Source: a bacterium
Lineage (GTDB): Bacteria; Bacillota; Negativicutes; Veillonellales; Dialisteraceae
DNA length: 55,821 nucleotides
Reading direction: 5' to 3'
Assembly (NCBI GenBank): GCA_963635945.1
Contig: CAVHIJ010000001.1
Coordinates: 31,244-87,064, forward strand
Each line of letters opens with the position of its first letter. The first letter of the stretch is position 1. The translations under genes were made by a program, and so were the position numbers. The notes beneath the pieces were generated by a model. That model was given only the letters and a program-made list of their open reading frames with translations. It had not been told where the DNA came from and searched no databases. Shown one piece after another: positions 19,855 through 28,541 of this stretch.

Positions 19855-20968
19855 ATGATGCTGGAAGATTTGAAAAAAGATCTGGCGGATCTTCTGAACC
19901 ACGAGCGGGAAATCAGGGATTCACTTTGACTTACCTCAGCTGAAAGAACGAATTACCAGTTATGACGTGCAAATGAGCGATCCCACATTTTGGGATGATG
20001 CCGAAAAAGCACGTAAAATTTCTCAGGAAGCGACGGAGGCCAAAGAAGCTTACGATACGTATACAAGACTTTTCGGCGAAGCGGAATCGCTTCAGGAAAT
20101 GCTGGATATGGCGATTGAGGAAGATGATCAATCCATGGAGAAAGAACTCCGGGAAGAAATGGATCGACTCAAAGCGGTCTTGGATAAGAAAGAAATCGAG
20201 TTGCTTCTTTCGGGCGAATTTGACGCCAACAATGCGATTGTTTCCTTCCATGCGGGCGCCGGCGGAACCGAAGCTCAGGATTGGACATCCATGTTGATTC
20301 GTATGTACATCAAATGGGCGGCGGCACATGATTTCCAAGTGGAAGAACTCAATATGCTTCCCGGCGATGAAGCGGGTATCAAAGCGGCCGATTACATGAT
20401 TAAAGGACGTCATGCCTACGGGATGCTGAAATCCGAAAAAGGTGTGCATCGCCTGGTCAGAATTTCACCTTTTGATGCGGCGAAACGTCGTCATACGTCA
20501 TTTTCCGCCGTCGATGTCATGCCGGAAATCACCGATGATGTCGAAGTTGATCTTAATATGGCCGACGTCAAGGTGGATTATTTCCGTGCCTCCGGTGCGG
20601 GTGGGCAGCATATCAATAAGACGAGCTCGGCTGTTCGTATGACGCATGAACCGACCGGAATCGTGGTCAGTTGCCAAACGCAGCGTTCCCAGCTCCAAAA
20701 TAAAGAGCAGTGTATTAAAATGCTTCGCTCCAAATTATTTGAGCTCGAAATGGAGAAACGCGAAAAATTGAAATCATCCTTGGAAGGCGATCAGCAGGCT
20801 ATTGAATGGGGCAGTCAAATTCGTTCTTATGTGTTTCAACCGTATACGCTCGTGAAAGATACGCGTACGGCCGTGGAAACGGGGAATGTGGGTGCCGTCA
20901 TGGATGGGGATCTCGATCCTTTTATCGAAGGATATTTGAAACAGATGAAATTCAAGTCGAAAGCATAA
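19855..20968 (+). CDS. prfB: peptide chain release factor 2 (requires programmed +1 frameshift at 19927)
   Basis: Frame 0: MMLEDLKKDLADLLNHEREIRDSL then in-frame TGA (19927-19929). The +1 frame continues DLPQLKERITSYDVQMSDPTFWDD into ORF 19967..20968, which carries the SPF and GGQ motifs. Confidence 0.93.
19915..19930 (+). other. prfB +1 frameshift site
   Basis: SD-like AGGGA, short spacer, then the slippery CTT TGA C. Confidence 0.88.
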
Positions 20969-20978
20969 GAGGCAGTTC

Positions 20979-23015
20979 ATGCAATTTGTGAAGAGTGTAT
21001 CATTCCGAATTCTTGCTCTTATAGTGGCGGTAGGCTTACTCGTCGCCTGCTTTTTGGCTTATCAGCGATACGAAGTCGAAAAAGCGGATACCACGGTGGA
21101 AATGATCTACGATTATGACGAAATGGTCATAGCCGCACCGTTGGAAGGCAAGACAAGGGAAGAGATATTCGATTTATTCCGGAAAAGCGGGATCACGACG
21201 GTCGCACTGTATGATGAGACCGGCGAGAAAATATTGGGTCGCGGCGATATCACGATTATGCACGGCTCGGAATTTTCGGCGAAATATCCCGATACTCCCG
21301 GAATAGCGACCGAAAAAATTTATGTGCAGGCGGCCGACAAGCAAAACGGCGAGGCCATGTACAATGATTTTGTGCGCAATGTAAAACTTCGGATGCGCAA
21401 TGAAGATATTCGCGAATTTACGGCGGGAAATAAACCGACTTTGGAAATTTCCGCCGATTGGATGCGTTTCCTTACTATGAATGTCGGTTTTTTGCCGACA
21501 CGTGTCAAAGAAGCCGTAGATACCGGTTTCTATGTATTGCTTCGTCCGGATAATGTGCCGCATCCCACGGAAGCGCATGTGAAAGAATTCATGAGAGCTG
21601 TCGATGCCGGCGAGGGGAAAGTGTCCGGTGTCCTTTCGCAGGGTAAAGATTTTTTCGGCTATAAAGAAATGTCGGATCGGGTGCGCGATGAGTTGACAGC
21701 GCGCCATATTCCCATTGTTTTGATAGAAGCACAAACACAGCTGGGATTCGATAAGATGAACGGCGCGGTGGATATGGTAAAAGGTTCGAATTACAACACC
21801 GTGCGTCTCTATGCGATGGCGCAGGATGAAATCAAAAAAATTTCCGAAACTGAAGCGGCGGCGCGTTTCTATATCAGTGATATTGAAAGAAACATCCGTA
21901 TGAATTTGTTCCCCACTTATGAATTTGCTTTGGAGGGGACGACGCTTCAGGAAACGAACGCACGCTATATGGCGGAAGTGAGAGATCGTCTTTTGGAACA
22001 TGGATTTTCCGTCGGTAAAGCCTCTCAAATGGAACCGTATATGCCGGCGAAACCGCTTCGTGCGGCTGTGCTGGCAGGGGCTCTGGCCCTTTGCATGATG
22101 GCGCTTTTATGCATTTTACCGGCAGCGGAACCGTATATTTTTGCTCTGTACGGCGCAGGCATTCTCGTTACGCAGGGGCTTTTCTGGGCGACGGAATCGC
22201 TTCTCCCGCTTCACGCTTTGGCACTCGGGACGGAAATATCAATGCCGATTCTCGTTGTGACGGCATTTATATCGTATTGTCTTTCAAAAAAAGAAGAAGC
22301 TTTTGCTTCCCACGGTTTTATGAAAATTTTTGCCGAAGGGGCGCTTTTGCTTTGGGTAATGGGACTTTGTTCCTTGTGTGGCGGCGTATATGTCTCCGGG
22401 ATTCTGGGTGACATTCGTTTCTTCCTGGAAACGGAAATTTTCCGCGGTGTCAAATTGACATTTGTCATGCCGCTCATTTTAATAACGTTTGTTTATATCA
22501 GATATTTCCCGCTTTTGGGCGAACCGGTGACAACGGGAAAGGATTTTGTTTCCTTCATCAAAAAATTCTGCAATATTCCGGTGAAGCTCGGTATTTTGAT
22601 GTGCGTCGGTCTCGTTGCTTTTGCGGCATTTCTTTTTGTGGGGCGTAGCGGAAACAATATGGCTCCGGTGCCGGCATTTGAGATTGCGCTTCGTCGTTTC
22701 TTAGAAGATAATATGTATGCACGCCCGCGTGAGAAGGAATTCCTTTTCGGGCATCCGGCGGTTTTCATGGCGCTTACAGCTCTTTATAGGAGATGGCCGC
22801 AGGTTTTGCATTATTTCCTTATTGTCGCAGTGACAATCGGGCAGGGTTCCATGGTGGAAACGTTTGCCCATTTGCGCAGTCCTTTTATTCTGAGTTTGAT
22901 TCGCGGATTGGATGGCTTGGCGGCCGGGACTTTGACAGGTCTTTGTGCCGTTATCGGACTTTGTATTCTGATTCGTATCACGCAATATTTCGGAGAACGA
23001 TATGACCAAAAGTAA
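20979..23015 (+). CDS. large polytopic membrane protein of unknown function (from memory resembles the DUF5693 family; unverified)
   Basis: 678 aa: one N-terminal TM helix, about 330 aa of predicted extracytoplasmic domain, then about 9 TM helices. Starts 10 nt after prfB and overlaps the csaB start by 14 nt. Confidence 0.65.
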   Translation: MQFVKSVSFRILALIVAVGLLVACFLAYQRYEVEKADTTVEMIYDYDEMVIAAPLEGKTREEIFDLFRKSGITTVALYDETGEKILGRGDITIMHGSEFSAKYPDTPGIATEKIYVQAADKQNGEAMYNDFVRNVKLRMRNEDIREFTAGNKPTLEISADWMRFLTMNVGFLPTRVKEAVDTGFYVLLRPDNVPHPTEAHVKEFMRAVDAGEGKVSGVLSQGKDFFGYKEMSDRVRDELTARHIPIVLIEAQTQLGFDKMNGAVDMVKGSNYNTVRLYAMAQDEIKKISETEAAARFYISDIERNIRMNLFPTYEFALEGTTLQETNARYMAEVRDRLLEHGFSVGKASQMEPYMPAKPLRAAVLAGALALCMMALLCILPAAEPYIFALYGAGILVTQGLFWATESLLPLHALALGTEISMPILVVTAFISYCLSKKEEAFASHGFMKIFAEGALLLWVMGLCSLCGGVYVSGILGDIRFFLETEIFRGVKLTFVMPLILITFVYIRYFPLLGEPVTTGKDFVSFIKKFCNIPVKLGILMCVGLVAFAAFLFVGRSGNNMAPVPAFEIALRRFLEDNMYARPREKEFLFGHPAVFMALTALYRRWPQVLHYFLIVAVTIGQGSMVETFAHLRSPFILSLIRGLDGLAAGTLTGLCAVIGLCILIRITQYFGERYDQK

Positions 23016-24090
23016 AATTGTCATATCCGGCTATTACGGATTTAAAAATGCGGGCGATGAAGCGATGCTGTATTCCATCCTTCGTGCTGTGAGAAGCATA
23101 GATCCGGAGGCGGAGGTGACGGTAATTTCGGGGCGCCCTGAGCAGACGGAAAAGGCTTTCGGCGTGAAGGCCGTGCCCAGATTCGGAGGAGTTTCCATTC
23201 TTTCGAAACTTTTGTCATGCGATGTATTGATTTCGGGCGGCGGCAGTCTTCTTCAGGATGTGACGAGCAGCCGTAGTTGCATGTATTATTTGTCGCTCAT
23301 TTTGGCCGGTGCGATTCTCGGGAAGAAAGTTATGTTGTATGCGCAGGGAATCGGTCCCATTCACAGGCCTTGGGTGTCTCGTGTGACGCGCTTTGTGCTG
23401 TCTAAAGCGGATGCGATTACGGTACGCGATGAGACGAGTGAGCAATTTTTGCGGGATATCGGGGTCACGGCACCTATTCGTACGACAGCGGATTCCGTAT
23501 TTTTCCTGACGAAAGAAAATACGGAAAAGGGAAAGGAAATACTTCGCGCAGCCGGTGTTCCGGAGAATAAAAAAATTGTCGGACTTTCCGTGCGGAATTG
23601 GAAAGAGGCGGATCTTTGGGGAGAAGCATTCGGTCGGTATATCGAAAAATTGTCCGGTGAGGATGTTTCCGTCGTTTTCATTCCGATGCAGCGACCCGAT
23701 GACGGAGATATGGCGCGAAAAATTTGTCCCGATGCTAAAGAAAACGTATATTTCCTGGAAGGGTCTTATCGTGTGGACGAGCTGATGTCGCTTGTCGGAT
23801 GTTTGGATTTGTTGGTCGGGATGCGGCTTCATGCTTTAATTTTTGCCGCACTGTCTCACATCCCGATGATCGGGATTTCCTATGATCCCAAAATTGATAA
23901 TTTTCTTTCTTCCGTCGGGCAGGAAGCGATATTCCCGATTGAGGAATTTGATGCGGATATGCTGTATAATAGCAGTGTGAAATATTTGTGCGGGAATGAG
24001 CCGATACATCAGGAAAAGACGGATGCGTTGCAAAAGAAAGCGGCGCAGACGGTTGCGATTTTGGAAACTTTGATGAAGGGTGCAAAATAA
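23002..24090 (+). CDS. csaB: polysaccharide pyruvyl transferase CsaB
   Basis: KIVISGYYGFKNAGDEAML N-terminus and overall PS_pyruv_trans architecture, 362 aa. Confidence 0.85.
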   Translation: MTKSKIVISGYYGFKNAGDEAMLYSILRAVRSIDPEAEVTVISGRPEQTEKAFGVKAVPRFGGVSILSKLLSCDVLISGGGSLLQDVTSSRSCMYYLSLILAGAILGKKVMLYAQGIGPIHRPWVSRVTRFVLSKADAITVRDETSEQFLRDIGVTAPIRTTADSVFFLTKENTEKGKEILRAAGVPENKKIVGLSVRNWKEADLWGEAFGRYIEKLSGEDVSVVFIPMQRPDDGDMARKICPDAKENVYFLEGSYRVDELMSLVGCLDLLVGMRLHALIFAALSHIPMIGISYDPKIDNFLSSVGQEAIFPIEEFDADMLYNSSVKYLCGNEPIHQEKTDALQKKAAQTVAILETLMKGAK

Positions 24091-24122
24091 AAAATGTACG
24101 GTTTCACGGATGATGGGAGGAC

Positions 24123-24962
24123 ATGATGGGAGAACTGACAACCGAGCAAGTAACAATGATTAAGGCCAAAGCCAAAGCAATGCGCATTGCGATTCTGAAA
24201 ATGATTACCAAAGCGGACAGCGGGCATACCGGCGGCTCTCTTTCGATTGCCGATCTTTTGGCTTTGCTTTACTTTCATGAAATGAATATCGATCCCGAGA
24301 ATCCGCAAAAAACGGACAGGGATCGTTTTGTTTTGTCCAAGGGACACGGTGCTCCCTGTTTGTATGCGGTGCTCGCGGAAAAAGGATATTTTCCCAAAGA
24401 TTGGCTTTTGCATTTGCGCCAGGTGGGAGCTGTGCTTCAGGGGCATCCCGATATGAAACATACGCCCGGCGTCGATATGACGACCGGTTCTTTGGGGCAG
24501 GGTTTCAGTGCGGCGTGCGGAATGGCGCTTGCTTCCAAAATCGACGGAGCATCTTGGCGCGTGTATGCGGTGCTGGGTGACGGCGAGCTGGAAGAAGGCC
24601 AGATTTGGGAAGCGGCGATGTTGGCGGCCCATTATCATTTGGATCATTTGACGGCTTTCGTGGATAACAACGGCCTTCAGATTGACGGGAAGATTGAAGA
24701 TGTGATGTCGTCCGTTCCTATTGATAAAAAATTCGAAGCGTTCGGCTGGCATGTGCTTCACGCGGACGGGCATGATATAAATTCGCTCCATGCGGCGATT
24801 GAAGAAGCGCGGGAAACGAAAGGGAAACCGACTATGATTGTGATGAAGACAATCAAAGGGAAAGGCGTTTCCGAAGTCGAAGGTAAGGTCGGCTGGCACG
24901 GGAAGGCACCGAGTGCGGAAGAATGCGAACGTTTCGTAAAAGAAGTGGAGGCGGCAGAATAA
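24123..24962 (+). CDS. transketolase, N-terminal (TPP-binding) subunit
   Basis: GHTGGSLS and GDGELEEGQIWEA motifs, 279 aa. This is the naturally split form. Confidence 0.9.
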   Translation: MMGELTTEQVTMIKAKAKAMRIAILKMITKADSGHTGGSLSIADLLALLYFHEMNIDPENPQKTDRDRFVLSKGHGAPCLYAVLAEKGYFPKDWLLHLRQVGAVLQGHPDMKHTPGVDMTTGSLGQGFSAACGMALASKIDGASWRVYAVLGDGELEEGQIWEAAMLAAHYHLDHLTAFVDNNGLQIDGKIEDVMSSVPIDKKFEAFGWHVLHADGHDINSLHAAIEEARETKGKPTMIVMKTIKGKGVSEVEGKVGWHGKAPSAEECERFVKEVEAAE

Positions 24963-25894
24963 TGGGAAAGGCGACTCGTGATGCATACGGCGATACATTG
25001 AAAGAGCTTGGGGGAGAGTATCCGGAAATCGTTGTCTTGGATGCCGATCTCTCCGCTTCGACGAAAACACAGGTTTTTGCCAAAGCTTATCCGGATCGTT
25101 TCTTCGATTGCGGTATTGCGGAAGGTAATATGATGAGTGTGGCGGCCGGGCTTGCCGCAGCGGGGAAGACGGTTTTTGTTTCCACGTTTGCGGTCTTCGG
25201 CGCCGGGCGGGCCTACGAACAAATCAGAAATTCGATTTGCTATCCGCGCCTCAATGTAAAAGTGGCGCTTACGCATGCGGGGATTACCGTCGGAGAAGAC
25301 GGTGCGACGCATCAGATGTTGGAAGATATCGCGCTTATGCGCGCGCTCCCGAATATGACTGTCATTGTACCGGCGGATGCGGCGGAAACGTCGGCGGCAC
25401 TTCGGTGGGCGGCTTCTTATAAAGGGTCGGTGTATATTCGAATGGGACGTGCGAAATGTGATGATGTGACGGATCCCGAAGCGCCGTTTGTACCGGGGAA
25501 ATCAGTCATGCTTCGGGACGGTACCGATTTGACGATTATTGCATGCGGGATTATGGCCGGGAAAGCGGCGGCTGCATGCGACAAGCTGAAAGAAGAAGGA
25601 TTTTCGGTGCGCGTTATCAATATGAGTTCCGTAAAACCGATTGATGAAGAGGCGATTGTGAAAGCGGCCGAGGAAACGGGCGCCATTCTGACGGCGGAAG
25701 AACATTCCATTGTGGGCGGCCTCGGAAGTGCGGTGGCGGAAGTCGTCGTAAAACGGTATCCCGTTCCGATGGAAATGCTCGGTATCAATGACAGTTTCGG
25801 TGAATCGGGGAAAGCCGATGAACTTCTTGTCAAATACGGACTTACGCCCGAGCATATGGTCGAGATGGCGAAAGAGCTTTTGCAAAAGAAATAA
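24962..25894 (+). CDS. transketolase, C-terminal (pyrimidine-binding) subunit
   Basis: MGKATRDAYGDTL start overlaps the upstream TAA by 1 nt (TAATG). FDCGIAEGNM motif, 310 aa. Confidence 0.9.
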   Translation: MGKATRDAYGDTLKELGGEYPEIVVLDADLSASTKTQVFAKAYPDRFFDCGIAEGNMMSVAAGLAAAGKTVFVSTFAVFGAGRAYEQIRNSICYPRLNVKVALTHAGITVGEDGATHQMLEDIALMRALPNMTVIVPADAAETSAALRWAASYKGSVYIRMGRAKCDDVTDPEAPFVPGKSVMLRDGTDLTIIACGIMAGKAAAACDKLKEEGFSVRVINMSSVKPIDEEAIVKAAEETGAILTAEEHSIVGGLGSAVAEVVVKRYPVPMEMLGINDSFGESGKADELLVKYGLTPEHMVEMAKELLQKK

Positions 25895-25920
25895 TGACCG
25901 TATATACCAAAATATTTTTT

Positions 25921-25949
25921 CGGAGCCTTTTTGTTTGGCTCCTTTTTTA
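25921..25949 (+). terminator. rho-independent terminator after transketolase genes
   Basis: GGAGCC-tttttgttt-GGCTCC followed by TTTTTT. Confidence 0.8.
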
Positions 25950-25978
25950 TTGCAATTGCAAATTCTCTGTGCTATACT
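25950..25978 (+). promoter_or_regulatory. rnpB promoter
   Basis: TTGCAA, 17-nt spacer, TATACT with extended TG (TGcTATACT). The predicted start falls 6-8 nt downstream, coinciding with the P1 5' strand. Confidence 0.65.
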
Positions 25979-25984
25979 CCCCTT

Positions 25985-26376
25985 CGTGAGTACGAAAGAT
26001 GATTGCGGGTCTTTTGCCACCTTCGGAAATCGCAAGTGCGGCGGCCGAGACGGTAAAAGACGTGAGGAAAGTCCGAGCTTCGCAGGGCAGGATGCCGGTT
26101 AACGGCCGGCGGGGGTGACCCCAGGGAAAGTGCCATAGAAAAGGAAACCGCCGCATAAGCGGTAAGGGTGGAAAGGTGCGGTAAGAGCGCACCAGCAGCG
26201 GGGTAACTCGCTTGGCTTGGTAAACCCCATCCGAAGCAAGGCCGAATAGGGAAGGGTTGAAGTTGCCCGCCGACCTTCCGGGTTGTTGCCGCTTGAGCTT
26301 ATCAGTAATGGTAAGCCTAGACAGATAATCATCACCACGAAAGTGGGACAGAACTCGGCTTATTGACTACTCACAA
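25985..26376 (+). ncRNA. rnpB: RNase P RNA, bacterial type A
   Basis: Universally conserved GAGGAAAGTCCGAGC, AGGGCAGGATGCC, GTGCCATAGAAA and ACAGAACTCGGCTTAT blocks. P1 (GTGAGTA/TACTCAC) and P2 (GATGATT/AATCATC) pairings close the molecule. Confidence 0.9.
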
Positions 26377-26386
26377 CGAATATGAA

Positions 26387-26414
26387 GCATTCCGATGATT
26401 CGGGGTGCTTTTTT
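26387..26414 (+). terminator. rho-independent terminator after rnpB
   Basis: GCATTCCGA-tgat-TCGGGGTGC stem (includes G-U pairs) followed by TTTTTT. Confidence 0.7.
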
Positions 26415-26487
26415 CGTGCATTTTTCGGAAATATTTTGCTCGAATAGTGACTATAAAAATATTTTATGGTAGAAATTTCGAAAAAAT

Positions 26488-26545
26488 GTGGGGAATTATT
26501 GCACAAAAGTGGGGGATTGTGGTAGAATGTGGGTAAAAGTGGTGG
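26488..26545 (+). promoter_or_regulatory. phased GTGG(G) direct-repeat array (candidate MraZ operator)
   Basis: GTGG(G) begins at 26488, 26509, 26519, 26529 and 26539. The last four are exactly 10 bp apart and flank or overlap the -10 element. Confidence 0.6.
26499..26528 (+). promoter_or_regulatory. dcw cluster promoter (Pmra)
   Basis: TTGCAC, 18-nt spacer, TAGAAT, about 40 nt upstream of the mraZ start. Confidence 0.55.
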
Positions 26546-26570
26546 ATTTAGAAGAGGGAGGTGCAAAATC

Positions 26571-27008
26571 ATGTTCATGAATGAATACAATCATTCTATC
26601 GACTCGAAGGGTCGAATGATTTTGCCAGCCCGTTTTCGCGAAGAATTAGGGGAAAAATTTATTCTTTCCCGCGGATTGGATGAATGCCTTACCATTTATC
26701 CGGTAGAGCGTTGGGATTCCATGGTTGAAAAATTACGCAGGCTTCCGTCCACAAAAAAAGCGGTGCGTGAATTGCGGCGTTTCCTTATCGGGCAAAGTAC
26801 GGAGTTGGAATGCGATCGGCAGGGACGAGTTTTGATTCCTGCCAATTTACAGGCTTACGCCAAACTTGAGAAAGATGCCAAAATCATCGGAGTGGGGGAT
26901 ACCATTGAAATTTGGAATCCCAAGCTTCACGGTAATTTGGCTGAAAGCAGCGAAGATATGTCGGAATTGGCGGAATCACTCGATTTGCCGATTGACTTCG
27001 ATTTGTGA
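26571..27008 (+). CDS. mraZ: transcriptional regulator MraZ
   Basis: Canonical MFMNEYNHSIDSKGRMILPARFRE N-terminus and a second SpoVT/AbrB-like repeat (DRQGRVLIP). GGGAGG RBS upstream. The ORF-track start at 26529 lies in the promoter. Confidence 0.93.
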   Translation: MFMNEYNHSIDSKGRMILPARFREELGEKFILSRGLDECLTIYPVERWDSMVEKLRRLPSTKKAVRELRRFLIGQSTELECDRQGRVLIPANLQAYAKLEKDAKIIGVGDTIEIWNPKLHGNLAESSEDMSELAESLDLPIDFDL

Positions 27009-27014
27009 GGTTCT

Positions 27015-27947
27015 ATGGAATTTCATCATGTAAGCGTGCTTTTGGAGGAAACTGTTTCCCGGGTGTTGAGGGATCCGCACGGTATTTATGTAGATGGGAC
27101 GCTCGGCGGGGGCGGTCATTCTCTGGCGTTGGCCGAGAGGCTTTCGGAAGATGCGCTTTTGATCGGAATCGATCAGGATGAAGAGGCCATAGCAGCGGCG
27201 AAAGAAAGACTTTCCGATGTGTCGTGTCGGTTCATGCCGGTACATGAAAATTTTTCTCACATCGGTGACATATTGAAGGAAAGGGGTATCGGTCCCGTTT
27301 CCGGATTTCTTTTCGATTTGGGCGTGTCGTCGCGGCAGCTCGACGAAGGGGAACGCGGATTTTCTTATATGCATGAGGGGAAACTCGATATGCGTATGGA
27401 CAGAAGAAATACTCTTTCCGCTTATGATGTCGTGAACGGGTATACCGAAGAGCAGTTGGAACGGATTATCCGTGAGTACGGCGAAGAGCGTTGGGCAAAG
27501 CGGATTGCGGAATTCATCGTCCGCGCTGCAGCGGAAAAACCGCTTGAAACGACGATGGAATTGGTACATGTCATCAAGGCGGCGATTCCGGCCGGTGCCA
27601 GAAAAGATGGGCCGCATCCGGCAAAGCGTACATTTCAGGCCATTCGCATTGAAGTGAACGGTGAGCTTCGGATTTTGGAACAAACCATGAAAGATTGTGT
27701 GGCGCATTTGGCACCGGGTGGTCGCTTGGCGGTGATTACATTTCAATCTCTCGAGGACAGAATCATTAAAAATGTTTTTCGTGATATGGCCAGGGATTGT
27801 ATTTGTCCGCCGGAACTTCCGGTGTGTATGTGCGGTCATCATCGTGAAGTGAAAAATGTGGGGAAAGCCGTTCGTCCGTCGGATAAAGAGGTTGCGGAAA
27901 ATCCGAGAGCCAGGAGTGCGACGTTGCGTGTGGTTGAAAAATTGTAA
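27015..27947 (+). CDS. rsmH: 16S rRNA (cytosine1402-N4)-methyltransferase
   Basis: HVSVLLEE, DGTLGGGGHS, DLGVSSRQLD and FQAIRIEVN motifs. Confidence 0.95.
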   Translation: MEFHHVSVLLEETVSRVLRDPHGIYVDGTLGGGGHSLALAERLSEDALLIGIDQDEEAIAAAKERLSDVSCRFMPVHENFSHIGDILKERGIGPVSGFLFDLGVSSRQLDEGERGFSYMHEGKLDMRMDRRNTLSAYDVVNGYTEEQLERIIREYGEERWAKRIAEFIVRAAAEKPLETTMELVHVIKAAIPAGARKDGPHPAKRTFQAIRIEVNGELRILEQTMKDCVAHLAPGGRLAVITFQSLEDRIIKNVFRDMARDCICPPELPVCMCGHHREVKNVGKAVRPSDKEVAENPRARSATLRVVEKL

Positions 27948-27981
27948 GTTATCCATGTATCGTTGATTTCCAAAGGGGGAT

Positions 27982-28374
27982 ATGGAAATGATATCGCAGG
28001 AAATGATGCATTATACAGGCTCAATGCCCGCTCCCTATAGTCTTGAAAAATCAAGACCGATTGAAATTGCCATAGGGAAAGATACGATATTTCCCGTTGT
28101 ATTTCGTATTTTAATGATTGTGGCGGTAGTGACGGGTGTGTGGCAGGTATGTAGCCTGTATACGGGTAATCAATATCATGAAATGCAAAAGCTACGGCAG
28201 GAAATCGTGGCGTTGGAGCGCTCCAATGAGGCGGCGAGATTGGAAGTGGCGAGATTAGAATCGTTGGCTCGCATTCAGCTTGTGGCCGAGACGGAGCTCG
28301 GAATGGAAGTTCCGGAATCGGCTCTTTACGGGAAACGTGACTATGTCGTGGATCAAAGTAAAATCAGAGATTAA
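27982..28374 (+). CDS. ftsL: cell division protein FtsL (septum formation initiator-like)
   Basis: Small bitopic protein with one TM helix (VVFRILMIVAVVTGVW) followed by a coiled coil (QKLRQEIVALERSNEAARLEVARLES). Position after rsmH fits. ATG 27988 is better spaced from the RBS and may be the true start. Confidence 0.75.
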   Translation: MEMISQEMMHYTGSMPAPYSLEKSRPIEIAIGKDTIFPVVFRILMIVAVVTGVWQVCSLYTGNQYHEMQKLRQEIVALERSNEAARLEVARLESLARIQLVAETELGMEVPESALYGKRDYVVDQSKIRD

Positions 28375-28378
28375 ATTC

Positions 28379-28431
28379 GAAACCGTCTTTTGTCATGTTT
28401 TTGGGTGATAAACGGCGGTTTTCTGTTTCTT
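28379..28431 (+). terminator. terminator-like hairpin after ftsL (arms shared with the csp leader hairpin)
   Basis: GAAACCGTC ... CGGCGGTTTTC stem with a roughly 25-nt loop, then TGTTTCTT. Confidence 0.5.
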
Positions 28432-28448
28432 AAGATATTCGGAATGTC

Positions 28449-28477
28449 TTGTCATAAACGTTGTTTTGGGATAAGAT
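28449..28477 (+). promoter_or_regulatory. candidate internal promoter for murE and downstream genes
   Basis: TTGTCA, 17-nt spacer, TAAGAT, about 65 nt upstream of the murE GTG. Confidence 0.4.
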
Positions 28478-28541
28478 AATACATCAATGTTTTTGAGAAC
28501 ATATAAGTATTTTAAAATCTTAAAATATAAGGAGTGATAAC

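Noticed and set aside
19927-19929. In-frame TGA early in prfB, suggesting a pseudogene
   Set aside because: The context CTT TGA C with an upstream SD-like element is the conserved programmed +1 frameshift of RF2, and the downstream frame is intact.
24123-25894. Transketolase split into two ORFs, suggesting a disrupted gene
   Set aside because: The N- and C-terminal halves are complete and are joined by a TAATG overlap. Each corresponds to the naturally split two-subunit transketolase common in anaerobes.
25947-26338. Two minus-strand ORFs (25947-26192 and 26099-26338) and a plus-strand ORF (25788-26102)
   Set aside because: They overlap the RNase P RNA gene, whose conserved sequence blocks and P1/P2 pairings explain this region. 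There is no RBS or coding signal.
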